From NCBI GenBank assembly GCA_964607485.1, contig CAZSKP010000041.1, positions 1 to 39,764 of the forward strand: a stretch of DNA of 39,764 nt, in the 5' to 3' direction. The stretch comes from an uncultured bacterium (GTDB lineage Bacteria; Abyssobacteria; SURF-5). Shown here piece after piece: positions 1-8,470 of this stretch. The translations under genes and the position numbers were made by a program. The notes beneath the pieces were generated by a model. That model saw only the letters and a program-made list of their open reading frames with translations. It had not been told where the DNA came from and ran no database searches. The stretch's first letter is position 1, and the number at the start of each line of letters is the position of its first letter.

Positions 1-488
1 ACCTTGACCTCTGCGCCGCCATCCTCGAGCACATCAATACGAGTGAGAGTTTTCCCGGTTGCGGAAACCTGTCCCGCGGGGAAAGTAAGGATGAACGTTT
101 CAGCCGGGGAGAAATCCCTCGCGATTCTCAAATACGCCCGGCCACTGTCCATTCCCACGACTTTCTCATCGCCTATCTCGATAACGGCGACCCGTGTGCG
201 CTCACCGATGCGGAATACAATGTCGCCCTCGAACTGTGTCTCGACCATGCCGGTTTCGTTGGTCTGAAGCAAGTCGCCCTCTTCGACTATCAGGTTGGGT
301 TCGGCATAACTCCATTCCACGTCGTCTTTTCCGAGGATAAAAGCTTCATCCAAGACCTCGCTCAATCGAGCCACAGGAGGGGCCTCATCTGCCAGTGCCG
401 TCGTCGGCAGAAACAGAGCCAAGACAAGAGCCACCGTCGGCACAATTGCGCTGAACCGCCATTTGGCGTATGTAATGGCACTCATCAT
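1..488 (-). CDS. FecR-domain-like exported protein (5' part; runs off window start)
   Basis: Not in the ORF track. I translated it by hand from ATG at 488, which has a GAGGAGG RBS: MMSAITYAKWRFSAIVPTVALVLALFLPTTALA-DEAPPVARLSEV...WSYAEPNLIVEEGDLLQTNETGMVETQF...FRIGERT. Signal peptide plus FecR-like 'GD.L.T...G..E.QF' pattern, with no stop before position 1. Confidence 0.7.
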   Translation of the reverse strand, partial: MMSAITYAKWRFSAIVPTVALVLALFLPTTALADEAPPVARLSEVLDEAFILGKDDVEWSYAEPNLIVEEGDLLQTNETGMVETQFEGDIVFRIGERTRVAVIEIGDEKVVGMDSGRAYLRIARDFSPAETFILTFPAGQVSATGKTLTRIDVLEDGGAEVK

Positions 489-694
489 CAATCCCTCCTC
501 GGGAAACATCTTCTTTCTAATAGGCCTTCGTTGTTTAAACGTCATTCCCTCTCTGTGTTAGTCGATCCGACCGCTTGAAATATTCAATCTTGCCCTTTGA
601 ATCCTATGCCCTCCCCACGAGGGGTCGGCAGAGGGAAGAAACTCGTCCGCAATCTCGGTCGGCCGGAGGGATGCGTACATCCCATCCTATTATT

Positions 695-723
695 TTGACA
701 TTCGAGAGAAAGAAAGGTAAAAT
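695..723 (+). promoter_or_regulatory. sigma70-type promoter for the sulfatase-like gene
   Basis: TTGACA-N17-TAAAAT, about 80 nt upstream of the GTG at 803. Confidence 0.7.
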
Positions 724-802
724 TTGAATTCATTCCGAGATATTCCTCCCGTTTTCTCGGTCATTTCCGTTGGTCAGGTTTTGTTGAAGTTGGAGATTTA
801 GC

Positions 803-2749
803 GTGAAGGACATTGAAGGTAAAGAGGGCTCCAGTCCGGAAGGACTCAGAAGCAGGTTCCAAAAGCATGGACCGCTGTGGGCAGGAGTTTTGTGGGCTGT
901 GATGGTGCTCCTGTTCGTGTTGAACTGGAAGAGCCTGAACACGTTTCTCAATCCCAAAGAAGAACTCCCGCCGGAGCCATTCGGAGACATCGGCCTACCG
1001 ATTTACGGAGAACGCGAGGCCTCTCAGGTCATGCTGGGCAAGAGGGGGTCTGCACGTGAAGCGGTAAAGTACACAATGCAAGGCGAAAGCGGCGCCGAAG
1101 TGGAGGTCGGCGTGGTTCGGGTCGACAACAGACACAGTGTCGAGGGCGACTATGTCTTGCGCGTTTACGAATTGACAGGGAAGAAAAAGAGGAAATTGCT
1201 CGAAAGAACGGGGGATTTTCCGATAAATTCCTGGATGCTTTTCCGGACAGATGAGAAGCCGGAAGGCCTGGACGACGGCGCGACGGAAATTCTGTATGTA
1301 TTGAAGCCGAAGGGCATCAGAGGAAAAATCGCCTCACTGATTGGAAGAGCGAAGGGCGAGGATTACCTCAAGGATTTCGCATTCCTGGCCCCAAACGTGT
1401 TGAACCGAAGGAAATTGGGCGAGCGGAATGTGATATTGCTTTCGTTCGACACGCTGCGAGCCGATCATCTGAGCGCCGACGGATACACGAGGCCGACCAG
1501 TCCGAACCTCGATTTGTTCGCCCGCCGGGGCGTCCTCTTCACGCAGGCGATAACGTCCGCTCCATGGACCATCCCGGCCCATTACAGTTTATTCACCGGG
1601 CTGTATCCCTCTGCCTACTCATCCGGACCCGGCGGATTGTGCTACACCTGCTATGCGGACAAGGTGATGGCGGACATCATGAAGGAGAACGGATACTATA
1701 CCATCGGAATAACCGCGGGAGCGGCCATAGCGCACGCTTTCGGGTTCAATCATGGCTTTAACCGCTACCTGGAATTCAACAGCCTCGGCAACGCGAGCAA
1801 TCCAAACCTGCCATGGAAACACGAAGACGGCACCCGGAAAATCTTCCAGAGCGCGATGAATTGGCTTGAGGACAATCACGACATCAAGTTCTTCATGTTC
1901 ATACACAATTATGAATGCCATGATCCGTACGAAGACACTCGTTTTATGGAGCAGGCGAACAACGGCAGCTTTATCGAACAGAGGAAAGCGCTTTACGATG
2001 GCGATATAAGACGCGCAGACGATTTCTTCGGCCGACTGGTGGAACAACTCAACTCACTTGATTTGCTCTCGAACACGATCGTCGTCGTCATGAGCGACCA
2101 TGGGGAGGATTTCTACGACCACTTCAGCGAAGAAGACAAAATCCGTCGCAAGTTTAACGAAAAGGTTCCCCAGATTTCGACCGTGGACCACGGGCACTCA
2201 GTTTACGACGAGATAATCAACGTTCCCGTCATTTTCTACCGCCCCGGGCTCCAGCCGAAAAGATCGGTCATCGAAAACCAGGTTCGCGTAATCGACGTGA
2301 TGCCCACAATACTGGATTATCTAGGCATTTCATATGACGGCCCGCTTCAAGGGATAAGCCTGCGGGGATTGATCGAGACGGGGGAAAGGTCGGCCGATCC
2401 GCCGGTTCTCAGCGAATTCACAGAATTCGGACCCGAACAAAAATCGGTGAGGATGAACGGATACAAGTACATCTACACGGCGAATCCGGCAAAAAATGCC
2501 GTGTATCCCAATATTCCCAGGTACGCCCTGTTTGACCTGAGAAAAGACCCCGAAGAAAAGAACAACATATACGCCCAGAATAAGGATCTGGCAGAAAAAT
2601 ACCATAAAATATTGGAAGAAACCGAGGAAGAATCACGTGCGATCAGGAACGGATTTCTACAAGGCGCTCAGCCAGCGGAGAAAGAGAAGGCGGCGGAACT
2701 GCCGCAAGACGTCGTTGATTCTCTCAAGGCCCTCGGATATATTCAATAA
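803..2749 (+). CDS. membrane-anchored sulfatase-like hydrolase/transferase (alkaline phosphatase superfamily)
   Basis: N-terminal TM helix; NVILLSFDTLRADHL, YTRPTSPNLD, WTIPAHYSLFTG, SDHGE, DHGH, LFDLRKDPEEKNN motifs; C-terminal LKALGYIQ. Confidence 0.85.
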   Translation: MKDIEGKEGSSPEGLRSRFQKHGPLWAGVLWAVMVLLFVLNWKSLNTFLNPKEELPPEPFGDIGLPIYGEREASQVMLGKRGSAREAVKYTMQGESGAEVEVGVVRVDNRHSVEGDYVLRVYELTGKKKRKLLERTGDFPINSWMLFRTDEKPEGLDDGATEILYVLKPKGIRGKIASLIGRAKGEDYLKDFAFLAPNVLNRRKLGERNVILLSFDTLRADHLSADGYTRPTSPNLDLFARRGVLFTQAITSAPWTIPAHYSLFTGLYPSAYSSGPGGLCYTCYADKVMADIMKENGYYTIGITAGAAIAHAFGFNHGFNRYLEFNSLGNASNPNLPWKHEDGTRKIFQSAMNWLEDNHDIKFFMFIHNYECHDPYEDTRFMEQANNGSFIEQRKALYDGDIRRADDFFGRLVEQLNSLDLLSNTIVVVMSDHGEDFYDHFSEEDKIRRKFNEKVPQISTVDHGHSVYDEIINVPVIFYRPGLQPKRSVIENQVRVIDVMPTILDYLGISYDGPLQGISLRGLIETGERSADPPVLSEFTEFGPEQKSVRMNGYKYIYTANPAKNAVYPNIPRYALFDLRKDPEEKNNIYAQNKDLAEKYHKILEETEEESRAIRNGFLQGAQPAEKEKAAELPQDVVDSLKALGYIQ

Positions 2750-2844
2750 AAGATTACGAACACGCGGAGAATACTTATAGACGAACGCGGGAAGCCCCAT
2801 ACCCGCTTATCGCGTGAGTCCCTCCATCTTCGCCCGAAAACGTC

Positions 2845-2873
2845 TTTACAATACTGGAAAACCGAGTTAGAAT
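2845..2873 (+). promoter_or_regulatory. sigma70-type promoter
   Basis: TTTACA-N17-TAGAAT upstream of the CDS at 2927. Confidence 0.5.
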
Positions 2874-2926
2874 CTGTACCGACCATACGTCCGGATATAA
2901 CCGGATATAGAGGAGGTCGGCAGCCG

Positions 2927-3535
2927 GTGCTTGTCGGAATTTTGGCGGATAGTCACGGCGACGCGGCCATGCTCCACAAGGGTATCGAGGCCCTCAAGGG
3001 GCGCGAGGCCGGGATGCTTATCCATCTGGGCGACGTGGCGGATACGCTCAAGCTGGAGAGCGTTGACGAATGCGTGGAGCTGCTCATCCGAAACGAGATA
3101 TCCGGCGTCATGGGCAACCACGAATATTCGCTCGTGATGCATCACTTCAAAAGGTACCCCGACAGGTTCTCAGAAGCGACAAAGCAGTATGTTCGCTCCC
3201 TGCCGCAGCGGCTCGAGATGTTCGGCGTGTGCTTCACACATTTTTCTCCCGACGGCGGAGCATACGGCCTGTTCGCTGCGACGGATGATAAGAACTACGA
3301 AGGAACCCTGCGCAACTCCGCATGGCCGGTGCTGGTGAACGGGCATTCGCACGAGCCCCGCATATACCGCCAGTTGGACGGGATAGTCCAAAACATGACG
3401 TTTGACCTTGACGCCCCCTTCGAATTGGACGACGGGGCGCGCTATGTGCTGACCTGCGGCGCCCTCGAGGACAGGTATTGCGCGCTGTTCGATTCCGAGG
3501 CGCGCAGCTTCGAGGTCATTCTCCTGCGAGGCTGA
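2927..3535 (+). CDS. calcineurin-like metallophosphoesterase family protein
   Basis: DSHGD, HLGD, GNHE, TH and GHSH metal-binding motifs; GAGGAGG upstream. Confidence 0.85.
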   Translation: MLVGILADSHGDAAMLHKGIEALKGREAGMLIHLGDVADTLKLESVDECVELLIRNEISGVMGNHEYSLVMHHFKRYPDRFSEATKQYVRSLPQRLEMFGVCFTHFSPDGGAYGLFAATDDKNYEGTLRNSAWPVLVNGHSHEPRIYRQLDGIVQNMTFDLDAPFELDDGARYVLTCGALEDRYCALFDSEARSFEVILLRG

Positions 3536-3579
3536 GGAAGCGTCGCGCATTTGCGCTCACGGGTGTCCATCTGCCTTTA

Positions 3580-3608
3580 TTGACACGCCGGGGGTTCTCT
3601 TATAAAAT
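3580..3608 (+). promoter_or_regulatory. sigma70 promoter of tRNA-Arg
   Basis: TTGACA-N17-TAAAAT ending 15 nt before the tRNA. Confidence 0.75.
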
Positions 3609-3622
3609 AGTGTCGGGACTAA

Positions 3623-3698
3623 GCGCCATTAGCTCAGCCTGGATAGAGCACAGGCCTCCGGAGCCTGGTTGTCGGGGGTTCAAATCCCTCATGGCGCG
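3623..3698 (+). tRNA. tRNA-Arg (anticodon CCG)
   Basis: Cloverleaf: acceptor GCGCCAT/ATGGCGC, D-arm GCTC..GAGC, anticodon stem CAGGC-CT-CCG-GA-GCCTG, T-loop GGTTCAAATCC. CCA is not encoded (GCCC follows). Confidence 0.97.
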
Positions 3699-3714
3699 CC
3701 CATAGGTTTCATTC

Positions 3715-3752
3715 GGGTCGGACACTTCGGAAACTGGGAGAGCGTCCGACCC
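3715..3752 (+). terminator. hairpin after the tRNA, possible terminator
   Basis: GGGTCGGAC...GTCCGACCC 9-bp inverted repeat followed by AAGTCTTTT. Confidence 0.45.
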
Positions 3753-3792
3753 AAGTCTTTTACAAGGAAGCGAATAAAACACTTCACGTTAT

Positions 3793-3916
3793 TGTCATCC
3801 TGAACGAAGGGCCACAGGTCCAAGTGAAGGATCTCATGTTCAACCCGAAGCTACCTCATACTTCGAGATTCTTCGCGGAGTTTATCCTGAGCAAAGCCGA
3901 AGGACTCAGAATGACA
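3793..3916. repeat. palindromic REP/MITE-like element, family A (TGTCATYCTGA...TCAGRATGACA)
   Basis: Terminal inverted repeats and internal AAGGATCTC/GAGATTCTT arms; a related inverted copy lies at 7248-7370. Confidence 0.8.
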
Positions 3917-4074
3917 ACGATTTGCTGCTCCGAGTAGAAAGTGCCCGCCGCGTCTCATCCTATCAGATGTCCCAACATGTTGCCCCATCAGATGTTCCAA
4001 CTCTTGTCTGCGCGCCTCTGGCACCCTGAACCCGGAAGGTACATACTCTTATAATTAGTAAGGAGGTGTTGAAC

Positions 4075-4635
4075 ATGGCGATAAAGCAAGCGCAGAAAAT
4101 AAATGGTATCGACGTGGACGCGGTGAAACAGGTGATGCAGGAGGTCTCCGAGGACTCCGCAAAGGGGAAGGTCAAGTTTCGTGTCGCCACGTCATGGAAA
4201 GACGGCGCGAGGTCCGACACCCGCGTCGCATCCTACTGGCTCGGAGGGAACCAGATCAACAGGAAGTTCACGATTCCCGTCGATGAGCCGGCGGAGCTGG
4301 CGGGCGGCAACACGGCCCCTAACCCTCAAGAAGTCCTGATGGCGGGCCTCAACTCGTGCATGCTGATCGGCTACGTGACCGGCTGCTCGATGAAGGGCAT
4401 TGAGCTCAAGAAACTGGAGATCGAAACCGAGGGCGAGCTGGACTTGCGCGGTTTTCTCGGTCTGGACGAATCCGTCAAGCCGGGTTACGATGAGATTCAT
4501 TACACCGTTCGCATAAAGGGAAACGGAACGAAGGAGCAGTTCCAGGAAATTCACGAGACGGTGATGGCCACGTCTCCGAATTTCTACAACGTCTCTCACC
4601 CAATCAAGCTGGTGCCGAAACTGGTTGTCGAATAG
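4075..4635 (+). CDS. OsmC family protein
   Basis: DEPAELAGGNTAPNPQEVLMAGLNSC and GELDLRGFLG motifs; AGGAGG RBS 8 nt before ATG 4075. Confidence 0.9.
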   Translation: MAIKQAQKINGIDVDAVKQVMQEVSEDSAKGKVKFRVATSWKDGARSDTRVASYWLGGNQINRKFTIPVDEPAELAGGNTAPNPQEVLMAGLNSCMLIGYVTGCSMKGIELKKLEIETEGELDLRGFLGLDESVKPGYDEIHYTVRIKGNGTKEQFQEIHETVMATSPNFYNVSHPIKLVPKLVVE

Positions 4636-4659
4636 GCGACTTTCATGTCAAAAGCGGTC

Positions 4660-4699
4660 GGGATGCGTTCAAAGCGTTTCGGCGTTTTGAGCGCATCCC
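4660..4699 (+). terminator. long stem-loop downstream of the osmC-like gene
   Basis: GGGATGCGTTCAAAGCG-loop-CGTTTTGAGCGCATCCC, a 17-bp stem with G-U pairs. Confidence 0.5.
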
Positions 4700-4968
4700 A
4701 CGGCCGATGCGCTGGAGCGTTGGCAAGCACATCCCGCGACGCTCTCTCTAATGCCTCGCGTTTTCCAAGACTGTGACGCTTCTTCCCGTCTTCGCTTCCG
4801 AGTTTCTTGAAAAACCAAAGCCGCTCTGGTATGTTTATTCCGGTTTTCATCAGTACAGTTTCGTTTTTCATTGACTTGATATGTCAAACGTCCCCCCTGC
4901 CGGAATATAGAGCATGAAGAAAGAGGTGCATTCTCCCCCGGTCAGTGAAGCCGAGTGAGGAATCGCTC

Positions 4969-5859
4969 ATGCGCATCCTGATGATATTCATAGACGGCCT
5001 CGGTGTGGGGACGAACGACCCCTCAAGAAATCCGTTCGCCGCGCTGCCGTCGCGGATTTTCACGGACTTTCTCGACGAGCCCCGCTCGGCGGTTGTACAC
5101 GCCGGCCTGGCGCTGAGGGCCGACGCATCGCTGGGCGTCGAGGGGCTCCCTCAGAGCGCGACCGGCCAGACCACGCTGCTCTCGGGCGTCAACGCTGCCG
5201 CCGCTATCGGACGCCACCTGAACGGATTCCCCACGAAGAAGCTGCGGGAGATTCTGCACGAGCACAGCATCCTGAAGAAGCTCACGGAGCGGGGATTGCG
5301 GGCGGCGTTCATAAACGTTTTCAATCCGCTTTTTTTCGAGGCGCTCGACAAGAACCTCCCGATGCGCAATTCGGTGACGACGGTCGCCAATATGGCCGCC
5401 TCGCTCCCGTTTTTCGGAGTCAAAGACCTCCTTGAGCGACGGGCCGTTTATCAGGACTTCACGAATCGCGTGCTCATACAGAAAGGGTTCGACGCGCCCG
5501 TCTTCACGCCACGGGAGGCGGGCGAGATACTGGCGCGCGCAGTCCCGCGGTACGATTTCTGCCTGTACGAGTATTTCCAGAGCGACGTGGCAGGTCACTC
5601 GCGGGACCGGCTCCGGGCGACCGAGGAGGTAAGGAAACTCGACGAATTCCTGCTGGCGGTCCTCGAAGGCTCCGACCTCGGCGAGACGTCCATCGTCCTC
5701 ACGAGCGACCACGGCAACCTCGAAGACCTGTCCACTCCTAAACATACGTCAAACCCCGTTCCCGTGCTGCTTTGGGGCGAATTGGCGGCCAATCCGCCGA
5801 AGATAGATTCGCTGCTCGATATCGTCCCGCTGCTCATGAAGTGTCTGGCTCCCGCCTGA
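4969..5859 (+). CDS. metalloenzyme (phosphopentomutase / iPGM-like, alkaline phosphatase superfamily)
   Basis: IFIDGLG, GLPQSATGQT, DVAGH, TSDHGN and HTSNPVP motifs; start chosen at the ATG after GAGGA. Confidence 0.8.
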   Translation: MRILMIFIDGLGVGTNDPSRNPFAALPSRIFTDFLDEPRSAVVHAGLALRADASLGVEGLPQSATGQTTLLSGVNAAAAIGRHLNGFPTKKLREILHEHSILKKLTERGLRAAFINVFNPLFFEALDKNLPMRNSVTTVANMAASLPFFGVKDLLERRAVYQDFTNRVLIQKGFDAPVFTPREAGEILARAVPRYDFCLYEYFQSDVAGHSRDRLRATEEVRKLDEFLLAVLEGSDLGETSIVLTSDHGNLEDLSTPKHTSNPVPVLLWGELAANPPKIDSLLDIVPLLMKCLAPA

Positions 5860-5905
5860 TTTTCTTACCCGGTCCCCGGCAACGCCGCTCGGAGCGCCTG
5901 CGGCC

Positions 5906-5934
5906 TTGACATTATTGACGCATCGCGTTAGAAT
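5906..5934 (+). promoter_or_regulatory. sigma70-type promoter
   Basis: TTGACA-N17-TAGAAT upstream of the CDS at 5995. Confidence 0.7.
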
Positions 5935-5994
5935 AAAAGAGGGTGAGAAACGCCTGCAAATTGGGCGGGGGGGGGAGAAAGGGAGGAGAGAAAC

Positions 5995-6540
5995 ATGAAG
6001 GCGCCGAAGGCTTTGAGGAACGCCTGCTATGCAGGAATTGGAGTGATCGAGTTCTCGCGCGAGCAACTTTCGGATTTTCGAAAGGGTCTCAAGGATTCGC
6101 TCAACGATTTCGTAGAGCGAGGCGAGCGCCTGGACGAGAAAGAGGACAGCTTGTTTAGAGCCCTGCTTGCAGCCCTCAGAATAAGGCCGAGGGTTCCATC
6201 CGCCAGTCACGTGAACGGCATCATCCCCGGCTACGACGACATGACGGTCACCGAGGTGATCGACCAGATAAAGAGACTCCCGATGAAGCAACTGGAAACG
6301 ATCAGGGAGTACGAATATCACAACTTCAATCGCATCCGGATACTCCGGCAGATCGACAAGGAACTGGACGAGGTCCGAATCATTCCCGACTACGACACCC
6401 TCTCCGTGGGGGCGGTCCTGGAGCGGCTCGACGACCTGAGCCCTCAGCAACTGGCCGCGCTGAAGGACTACGAGAAAGGCCATCGCAACCGCACCACAAT
6501 CATCAAGGCGATAGAGCGTCACCTGGCAAAGGCGGCCTGA
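5995..6540 (+). CDS. hypothetical protein with phasin-like N-terminus and two tandem ~48-aa helical repeats
   Basis: GGAGGAG RBS; N-terminal 'YAGIGVIEFSREQL...FVERGE'; repeats IPGYDDMTVTEV...YEYHNFNRIRIL and IPDYDTLSVGAV...YEKGHRNRTTII. Confidence 0.7.
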   Translation: MKAPKALRNACYAGIGVIEFSREQLSDFRKGLKDSLNDFVERGERLDEKEDSLFRALLAALRIRPRVPSASHVNGIIPGYDDMTVTEVIDQIKRLPMKQLETIREYEYHNFNRIRILRQIDKELDEVRIIPDYDTLSVGAVLERLDDLSPQQLAALKDYEKGHRNRTTIIKAIERHLAKAA

Positions 6541-7057
6541 GGCGTTCCGCCTCCTGTCTCGTCAGAACGCGGTAGGCGGGACGATTATATCTTCTATACG
6601 AGTCTGAATGGTGCAGCGGCGGAAAGCCCTTTTCGCTCGCGAGCCGCGTCAGCTTCTCATAGTCTTCACGCTCGAAACTTCCCGAAAGACCCTTCAAAGA
6701 ATTTCCCACCTGCTCCCAAAGACGACGCAACTCCTCCGGGCTGCGGCTGAATGTTCCCGCCGAGCGCTTCAACGCCTCCGCAATGCGCGCCGGGGCGATT
6801 CCCTGCTTTCCTGCCACGCGCAGATTGAGGCGGCACGCCCGCGCATCGACCGAGATCGGCTCCAACAGCGGTTCCTCGAATTCGACAACGGGAGTCTGCA
6901 TCTCATCGAGGATCGCTTGCTCCGACGCCGCCGGGCCCAGGTGCTCCGGCCCGAAGACCGACTGATGAACAAGCTTGTAGATGTCTCTCAGCTCGACGCC
7001 CCTGTGCAGGCGGAGATGATAGTCAATGAGTTCGACCAGGTTTCCGAATGTATCCAT
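6503..7057 (-). CDS. conserved hypothetical protein
   Basis: Protein-like ORF (DIYKLVHQSVFGPEH; PPLHHSDSYRRYNRPAYRV). Start taken at MDTFG; it converges on and overlaps the 5995-6540 gene. Confidence 0.7.
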   Translation of the reverse strand: MDTFGNLVELIDYHLRLHRGVELRDIYKLVHQSVFGPEHLGPAASEQAILDEMQTPVVEFEEPLLEPISVDARACRLNLRVAGKQGIAPARIAEALKRSAGTFSRSPEELRRLWEQVGNSLKGLSGSFEREDYEKLTRLASEKGFPPLHHSDSYRRYNRPAYRVLTRQEAERLRPPLPGDALSP

Positions 7058-7155
7058 TGCGCTCGCCACACAACCGTTGTCTTGTCCGCGAGAGAGAAAC
7101 TTGCACAGCCAGTTTATCACGTACCATTTTGCCGGGACAATCGCCTCCGACCGCT

Positions 7156-7184
7156 TTGACAATTGCGGCCGGATTTGCTATATT
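7156..7184 (+). promoter_or_regulatory. sigma70-type promoter (extended -10)
   Basis: TTGACA-N17-TATATT with TGn before the -10. Confidence 0.55.
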
Positions 7185-7247
7185 TGGCCCGACGACGCGT
7201 TGCTATTAGTCGGAGGGGGAAGCGATCGTCATTCTGTGCGTTCAATC

Positions 7248-7370
7248 TGTCATTCTGAGGGAGCAAAGCGACCGAAGAATCTCAAATCGCCCGGCAGCTC
7301 CGGCCTAAACATGAGATCCTTCACTTGGGCCTGCGGCCCACGGGTGTGAGACCCTTCGTTCAGGATGACA
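7248..7370. repeat. palindromic REP/MITE-like element, family A (inverted relative to 3793-3916)
   Basis: Its reverse complement reads TGTCATCCTGAACGAAGGG...CCAAGTGAAGGATCTCATGTT...GAGATTCTTCG...CTCAGAATGACA, matching the first copy. Confidence 0.8.
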
Positions 7371-7426
7371 AGAATGCGTTGTACTTCACGCTCTTCGTGG
7401 CATAACCACGATTGGGAGATTTCCCA

Positions 7427-7606
7427 ATGAGAATTCTTTATATCGCAATCGCGGCGTTTGCCGCGACAACGCTGCTGGCAGCCTGCGCCCCGACGAGGCC
7501 GCACCCCGACTATCATCGCGGCCAGCACGATGTGTACAAGGATACGCATACGACCGAGACGCACATCGAGCGGAGGCCCGTAGGCGAAGAATTCATCGTG
7601 GAATAA
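7427..7606 (+). CDS. small putative lipoprotein (59 aa)
   Basis: GGGAG RBS; signal MRILYIAIAAFAATTLLAA-C with LAAC lipobox. Confidence 0.7.
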   Translation: MRILYIAIAAFAATTLLAACAPTRPHPDYHRGQHDVYKDTHTTETHIERRPVGEEFIVE

Positions 7607-7608
7607 GG

Positions 7609-7667
7609 GGGACTGTCCCAAGAATTACGGGCCGAGCCTGTCGAGGCCGTAGATTCGGGACTGTCCC
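7609..7667. repeat. stem-loop bounded by two GGGACTGTCCC palindromes (REP-like)
   Basis: GGGACTGTCCC at 7609-7619 and 7657-7667 with an inner TACGG/CCGTA stem. Confidence 0.55.
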
Positions 7668-7738
7668 CATCGCGAAACACCCGTGGTTGAATTATCGGAC
7701 AGGTTCACCGTCTCGACGTTAGGCGTTCGCACAGTCAC

Positions 7739-8137
7739 ATGAAAGCCGAAAAGAAAATACGCGTGCTCGTTGCCAAGCCCGGCCTCGACGGCCACGACCG
7801 CGGCGCGAAGGTCGTCGCGGCGGCCCTGAGAGACGCGGGCATGGAGGTGATCTACTCCGGCCTGCATCAGACGCCAGAGATGGTCGTCGAGACAGCCATC
7901 CAGGAAGACGTCGACATCATCGGGCTCTCGGTCCTTTCCGGCGCGCACATGACCATCTTCAGGAAAGTGAAGGAACTGCTCCGCTCGCGCGGCGCAGACA
8001 ACATCATCCTCACCGGCGGCGGCATTATCCCCGAGGAAGACCAGCGCGAACTGCTGGATTCCGGCGTCGCCGCGCTGTTCGGCCCCGGCAGCACCACCAA
8101 GGAAATCATCGACTTCATCCGCACCGCGTGCTCGTAA
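7739..8137 (+). CDS. cobalamin-binding subunit of methylmalonyl-CoA mutase / acyl-CoA mutase (C-terminal domain)
   Basis: [15 protein letters not shown] (DxHxxG), [19 protein letters not shown]. Confidence 0.92.
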   Translation: MKAEKKIRVLVAKPGLDGHDRGAKVVAAALRDAGMEVIYSGLHQTPEMVVETAIQEDVDIIGLSVLSGAHMTIFRKVKELLRSRGADNIILTGGGIIPEEDQRELLDSGVAALFGPGSTTKEIIDFIRTACS

Positions 8138-8196
8138 CGCTCCGCGCCTTCTCCGGCAAATTCCGAAAACCTACCGTTAATGATAGTGTGGTGTTC

Positions 8197-8294
8197 TGTC
8201 ATTCCCGCGCAAGCGGGAATCCAGAACGTTTCGGTGATGCCTAGATTCCCGTTTTCACGGGAATGACAAGGGGAGCGCGGGAATGACAAGGGGA
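8197..8294. repeat. palindromic element family B (TGTCATTCCCGCGCAAGCGGGAATCC...GATTCCCGTTTTCACGGGAATGACA) with duplicated right end
   Basis: Nested inverted repeats at 8197-8268; CGGGAATGACAAGGGGA repeated at 8258 and 8278. Confidence 0.8.
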
Positions 8295-8317
8295 AGAGAC
8301 CTCATGTTCTTGCAAAA

Positions 8318-8434
8318 AGAGATCCTTCGCTTCGCTCAGGATGACATGGTGGGGAACAGTGCGGATGACATGGAGGGGAACAGTGCGGATGACACGGTGT
8401 GGGACAGTGTTGATGACATGGTGGGGGACAACGT
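8318..8434. repeat. half family-A element followed by a 4 x 24-bp tandem repeat
   Basis: AGAGATCCTTCGCTTCGCTCAGGATGACA, then units GGATGACATGGTGGGGAACAGTGC starting at 8339, 8363, 8387 and 8411 (degenerating). Confidence 0.8.
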
Positions 8435-8470
8435 TCTTGCCGGTTTCAAGGGCTTCGAAGAAAGAGGAGC

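Noticed and set aside
4-267. 87-aa plus-strand ORF
   Set aside because: Antisense to the FecR-like gene on the minus strand.
3623-3920. tRNA-Arg as an integration site of a genomic island
   Set aside because: No integrase is present and I saw no duplicated tRNA 3' end in the window.
4871-4887. TTGAC-N7-GTCAA palindrome as an FNR/CRP-type site
   Set aside because: Spacing does not fit TTGAT-N4-ATCAA and it occurs once, so it cannot be assigned.
8339-8434. Possible mini-CRISPR, or the 72-aa ORF 8283-8501
   Set aside because: The units are contiguous 24-bp tandem repeats without unique spacers and no cas genes are nearby. The ORF is a read-through of repeat DNA.
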